Positions 58,688 through 64,000 of a DNA stretch of 64,000 nt are shown here, in pieces; within the stretch, counting starts at the first letter, position 1, and each line of letters starts with the position of its first letter. The stretch is from the NCBI RefSeq assembly GCF_009914755.1, contig NC_060926.1; one strand, written 5' to 3'. The notes under the pieces were generated by a model. It was given only the letters and a program-made list of their open reading frames with translations, was not told where the DNA came from and ran no database searches. The stretch comes from the human T2T-CHM13v2.0 reference genome, Homo sapiens. Position numbers and translations under genes: made by a program.

Positions 58688-61600
58688 ATGATGAATGCAA
58701 CCATACCTCACATTTCAATACTAACATTGAATGTAAATGGCCTAAATGCTCCACTTAAAAGACACAGAACTGCAGAATGGATAAGAACTCACCAACCAAT
58801 TATCTGCTGCCTTCAGGAGACTCACCTAACACATAAGGACTCACATAAATTTAAAGTAAAGGGGTGGAAAAAGGCATCTCATGCAAATGAATACCAAAAG
58901 CTAGCAGGGGTAGCTATTCTTATATAAGACAAAACAAATTTTAAGGCATTAGCAGTCAAAAGCGACAGAGAGGGATGTTATATAATGATCAAAGGTCTTG
59001 TCCAACATGAAAATATCACAATCCTAAACACATAAGAACCTAACATTGGAGCTCCCGAATTTGTTAAACAATTACTAATAGACCTATGAAATGAAATAGA
59101 CAGCAACCAAATAATAGTGGGGGACTTCAATATGCCACTGACAACACTAGACAGCCTATCAAGACAGAAAGTCAACAAACAATGGATTTAAACTATACAT
59201 TGAAACAAATGAACTTAACAGGTATATACAGAACATTTCATCCAACAACAGCAGAATAAACATTCTATTCAACAGTGCATGGAACTTTCTCCATGGCCAT
59301 ATGATAGGCCATAAAATGAGCCTCAATAAATATAAGAAAATTGAAATTATATCAAGCACTCTCTCAGATCACAGTGGAATAAAATTGGCTATCAACTTCT
59401 AAAGTAACCTTCAGAACCATGCAAATATATGGAAATTAAATAGCCTGCTCCTGAATGAGCATTGGGCCAAAAACAAAATCAAGATGGAAATTAGAAAATT
59501 ATTCAAACTGAATGGCAATAACGACAAAACCTATCAAAACCTCTGGGATAAAGCAAAGGTGGTGCTAAGAGGAAAGTTCATAGCCCTAAGTACGTACATC
59601 AAAAAGACTGAAAGTGCACAAACTGACATTCTGAGGTCACACCTTAAGGAGCTAGAGAAACAAGAACAAACCAAACCCAAACTTAGGAGAAGAAAGGAAA
59701 TTACCAAGATCAGAGCAGAACTAAATGAAACTGAAAAATACAAAAGATAAATGAAACCAAAAGCTGGTTCTTTAAAAACACAAATAAAATTGATAGATCA
59801 TTAGCAAGATAAACCAAGAAAAGAAGAGAGAAAATCCAAATAACCTCACCAGAAATGAAACAGGAGATGCTACAACTGACAACACTGAAATACAAAAGAT
59901 CACTCATGGCTACTATGAACACCTTTACATACATAAATTAGAAAACCTAGAAGAGATGGATAAATTCCAGGAAAAATACAAGCCTCCTAGCTTAAATCAG
60001 GAAGAATTAGATACCCTGAACAGATCACTGAAATAGTAATTTTAAAATTTCCAACAGAAAAAGTCCAGGACCAGAGAGATTCACAGCAGAATTCTACCAG
60101 ACATTCAAAGAAGAATTGGTACCAATCCTTTCAAAACTATTCCACAAGATGGAGAAAGAAGGAACCTCCCTAATTCATTTTATGAAGCCAGCATCATCCT
60201 GAAACCAAAACCAGGAAAGGATGTAACCAAAAAAGTAAATTACAGACTAATATCCTTGATGAACACTGATGCTAAAATCGTTAACAAAATATTAGCTAAC
60301 ATAATCCAACAATAATCAAAAAGATAATCCACCATGATCAAGTGGGTTTCATATCAGGGATGCAGGGAAGGTTTAACATATGTAAGTCAATAAATGTGGT
60401 ACACCACATAAAGAGAATTAAAAACCAAAGTCACCTGATCATCTCAGTAGATGCAGAAAAAGCATTTGATAAAATCCAGCATCCCTTCATGATTAAAACT
60501 CTCAGGAAAATCAAGATTTAAGGGACACACCTTAATGTAATAAAAGCCATCTATGACAAACCCACCGCCAACAGAATACTGAATAGAGAAAAGTTGAAAG
60601 CATTACCTCTGAGAACTGGAACAAGACAATGATGCCCACCTTCACCACTCCTCTTCAACACTGTACTAGAAGTCCTAGCCAGAGAAATCAGACAAGATAA
60701 ATAAATAAAGGGCATGAAAGTTGGTAAAGAGGAAGTCAAACTGTCACTGTTTGATGACGATATGATCATTTACCTTGAAAACCCTAAGGACTCCTCTAGA
60801 AAGCTCCTAGAACTGATAAAAGAATTCAGCAAAGTTTCCAGATCCCAGATTAATGTAGACAAATTAGTTAGCTCTTCTATGCAAAAACAGCGACCAAGCA
60901 GAGAATCAAATCAAGAAATCAATTCCTTTTACAACAGCTGCAAAAAAAGTAAAATACTTAAGAATAAAGTAGAATACTTAAGAATATACCTAACCAAGGA
61001 GTCAAAAGACCTCTACAGGGAAAACAACAAAACATTGCTGAAAGAAATCACAGATGACACAAACAAATGGAAACACATCCCATGCTCATGGCTAGGTAGA
61101 ATCAACATTGTGAAAATGACCATACTACCAAAAGCAATCTACAAATTCAATGCAATCCCTATCAAAATACCACAATCATTCTTCACAGAATTAGAAAAAA
61201 ACAATTTAAAATTCATATGGAACCAAAAAAGAGCCTGTATAGTCAAAGCAAGACTAAGCAAACAGAACAAATCTGGAGGCATCACACAACCTGATTTCAA
61301 ACTACACTATAAGGGCATAGTAACCAAAACAGCATGGTACTTGTATAGAAATAGGCACATAGACCAATGGAATGGAATAGAGAACTCAGAAATAAACCTA
61401 AATACTTACAGCCAACTGATCTTCAACAAAGCAAACAAAAACTATAAAGTGGGGAAAGGACACCCGTTTCAACAAATCACGCTGGGATAATTGGCTAGCC
61501 AAATGTAGGAGAATGAAACTGGATCCTCATCTCTCACCTTATACAAAAATCAACTCAAGATGGATTAAGGACTTAAACTTAATACCTGAAACTATAAAAA

Positions 61601-62298
61601 TTCTAGAAGATAACATTGGAAAAGCCCTTCTAGACATTGACTTAGGCAAAGATTTCATGATGAAGAGCCCCAAAGCAAATGCAATAAATACAAAGATAAA
61701 TAGCTGAGACCTAATTAAACTAAAGGGCTTTTGCACGGCAAAAGGAACAGTCAGCAGAGTAAACAGACAACAAATATCCAGAATCGACAACAGATTCAAA
61801 CAAATCAGTAAGGAAAAAACAAACACTCCCATCAAAGAGTGGGCTAAGGACATGAATAGACAATTCTCAAAAGAAGACATACAAATGGCCAACAAACATA
61901 TGAAAAAATGCTCAACATCACTAATGATCAGGGAAATGCAAATCAAAACCACAACCCCATACCACCTTACTCCTGCAAGAATGGCCATAATCAAAAAATC
62001 AAAAAATGGTAGATGTTTGCATGGATGTGGTGAACAGGGAATACTTCTACACTGCTTGTGGGAATGTAAACTAGTACAGCCACTATGGAAAACAGTGTGG
62101 AGATTCCTTAAAGAACTAAAAGTAGAACTACCATTTGATCCAGCAATGCCACTACTGGGTATCTACCCAGAGGAAAAGAAGTCATTATTTGGAAAAGATA
62201 CTTGCACACACTTGTTTATAGTGGCACAATTCACAATAGCAAAATTGTGGAACCAACCCAAATGCCCATCAATCAATGAGTGGATAAAGAAACTGTGA
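58688..62298 (+). pseudogene. L1 ORF2p relic (endonuclease, RT and CCHC fragments)
   Basis: 'ILTLNVNGLN...CCLQETHL' (APE endonuclease), '[10 protein letters not shown]' (RT, FADD mutated), '[18 protein letters not shown]'; multiple stops. Confidence 0.92.
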
Positions 62299-62408
62299 GA
62301 TATGTGATATATATATATATATCATATATAGATATGATACAAATTATATATATCACATATATGATATGTATCACATATATGATATATATCATATATATAC
62401 ATATATCA
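62299..62408. repeat. AT-rich palindromic (TA/TGATA/TATCA) expansion at the L1PB1 ORF2/3' UTR boundary
   Basis: tgatatatatatatatatca and repeated atgat/atcat units. Confidence 0.9.
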
Positions 62409-64000
62409 ATGATACAATGGACTTTGGGGACTTGGAGGGAAGAGTGGGAGGAACCAATGGATAAAAGACAACAAGTATGGTGCAGTGTATACTGCTCGGG
62501 TTATGGGTGCACCAAAATCTCAAAAACCACCACTAAAGAACTTACTCATGTAACCAAATACCACCTGTACCCCAGTAAGTTATGGAAATAATTAATTAAA
62601 TTTTTTCTCTACTTATAATTGTTGCCATTGTATTTAATCCCAACAAGACTTAAAATCTAAATCTATCCCACGAGACTTGTGTGTGTGGTGTGCGTGTTTG
62701 CTTTTTCCCATCTAAAAGACAAATTATTCTTACAAATCCAAGTTAGAGTGTACAGATTTTACATATTTTGTATGACTTGATTTGATATTTGGCAACTGCC
62801 CATTAGTAGCTATTCTGACTTATCCCAGTCCCATTTCATCCCAGATTTTTAAGAGTGATGTGAAAGAAAGGTTTCATGAGGTGCATTGAGATAATTGTTT
62901 TCACTTTCTTAAAATTAAAAAAAAAATCAAGGCACACTTGAGATTTCACAGGACGATAGCATTGGTCATAACATGAGCTCATAGTTTCTCCTAAATGTAA
63001 GCAATACATATAATGACTGACTTGGATACCATTTTTTTTAAAGAAGAGATAACATTTGATTGAACTTTGGATCAGATTTCAAACCTATCTGACTTATCCC
63101 TCTGAAGAAAAAAATCTGACTCAAGGGGAAGAATTTTGTTTAATTATCAAGCACTTATGTCAAGGGAAAATTATTGTGAAAAATTCGAACCTTTTTCTAA
63201 AGTTCACCATGAGGCTATGGTTGTAACAGGAAGAAAACATTAGTGACTTGAAGCTCAATTTACTTAGTTTTCACTTCGCTGGGAATATGTGACGAAAGTT
63301 GAGACATGTGTTACCCTTTCAACAACAAAAAAGTTTGAGGTGCTGACTTTTTGCCCCCATTTGGGCACCCATAGATGGAAAAAAGGAAAAGAATTTTGAA
63401 TCAGAGCCACAACATGTAAGTGTGTTTTTCTTCTTCCCTTTTTGGTTAGTGGCCCTCAGGCATCAAAAGCATAAGGTATCTCCGTGTCTTCTTCTCACAG
63501 CATGAAAGTCAGTAAAGCTTTCAACAATCTCATGTCCATAATAGCTTTCTTTTCCTGTGAGTGTGTATGTATAAAATTCCGCACCACCCCCCTGAAGCCC
63601 CAAAGCAGCCATTAAAAGTAACCATCATCTATCCAGTTACAGAAGCAGAACAGAAAAGAGCTGAAGAGAACTGTGAGTTGTTGGTACGGAGCCAGGAATC
63701 CAAGTCTGATTTTCTGCTTCTATTTCTTGAATTAAAAAGAAAATACCCCAAAGTAATTGCAGTTTAAGAGGACTTCTCAAAGCACAACATATTTGTATGA
63801 GAAAAGGAAGAAATGTACGTAAAATGAACTAAGAACTGACTTGATTCCAACATTTTAAGACCTAACAAAGAAAATAACATTTAAAACTCCATGTTCAGGA
63901 TGAGTAAACCTTTCAAATTAAAGTTTCACAACATTGCTGATGTTTCTACACCTGCCTCAGAACTGGTTAAGCATGCTGATTTAAAGTAAACTCTTTAACT

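Larger units (their letters stand above)
56211..62600 (+). mobile_element. Full-length L1PB1-type LINE (decayed)
   Basis: L1PB 5' end 'atcatggtggatgggaggcaggactagattgcagctc', ORF1 and ORF2 relics, L1PB1 3' end 'ccacctgtaccccagtaagttatggaaata'; degenerate TSD tttctctacctt / tttctctactt. Confidence 0.93.

Noticed and set aside
56211-62600. Potentially active full-length L1
   Set aside because: Old L1PB1 subfamily with many stops, frameshifts and deletions, and a mutated RT motif

Overview
Human genomic DNA (it carries an L1HS-Ta element, which is human-specific): AT-rich, CpG-poor, intronic or intergenic, and dominated by transposable-element relics. I found no recognisable host protein-coding exon, CpG island or intact RNA gene. 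Every ORF with a recognisable product is LINE-1 or Alu derived, and the rest look like chance ORFs. Main contents: 12 dimeric Alus and 3 free Alu monomers; a young 5'-truncated L1HS Ta-1 (20032-21556) with no exact target-site duplication (TSD); a twin-primed, 5'-inverted L1PB (29802-31270); a full-length but decayed L1PB1 (56211-62600); a near-complete HAL1 (about 3250-6340); several old L1M, L2, MIR, MLT, LTR16/33 and DNA-transposon fragments; and microsatellites. The most notable structures are a three-layer nest (ERVL/LTR16 provirus > MER4A solo LTR > tailless 5S rRNA retrocopy), the TSD-less L1HS-Ta1, and an Alu whose B-box region was replaced by a fold-back templated insertion. I see no evidence for a previously undescribed biological system. 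The findings are unusual instances of known mutational and retrotransposition mechanisms, plus low-confidence candidate exons and enhancers. Subfamily calls come from recalled consensus motifs, not database searches, and the boundaries of old repeats are approximate.
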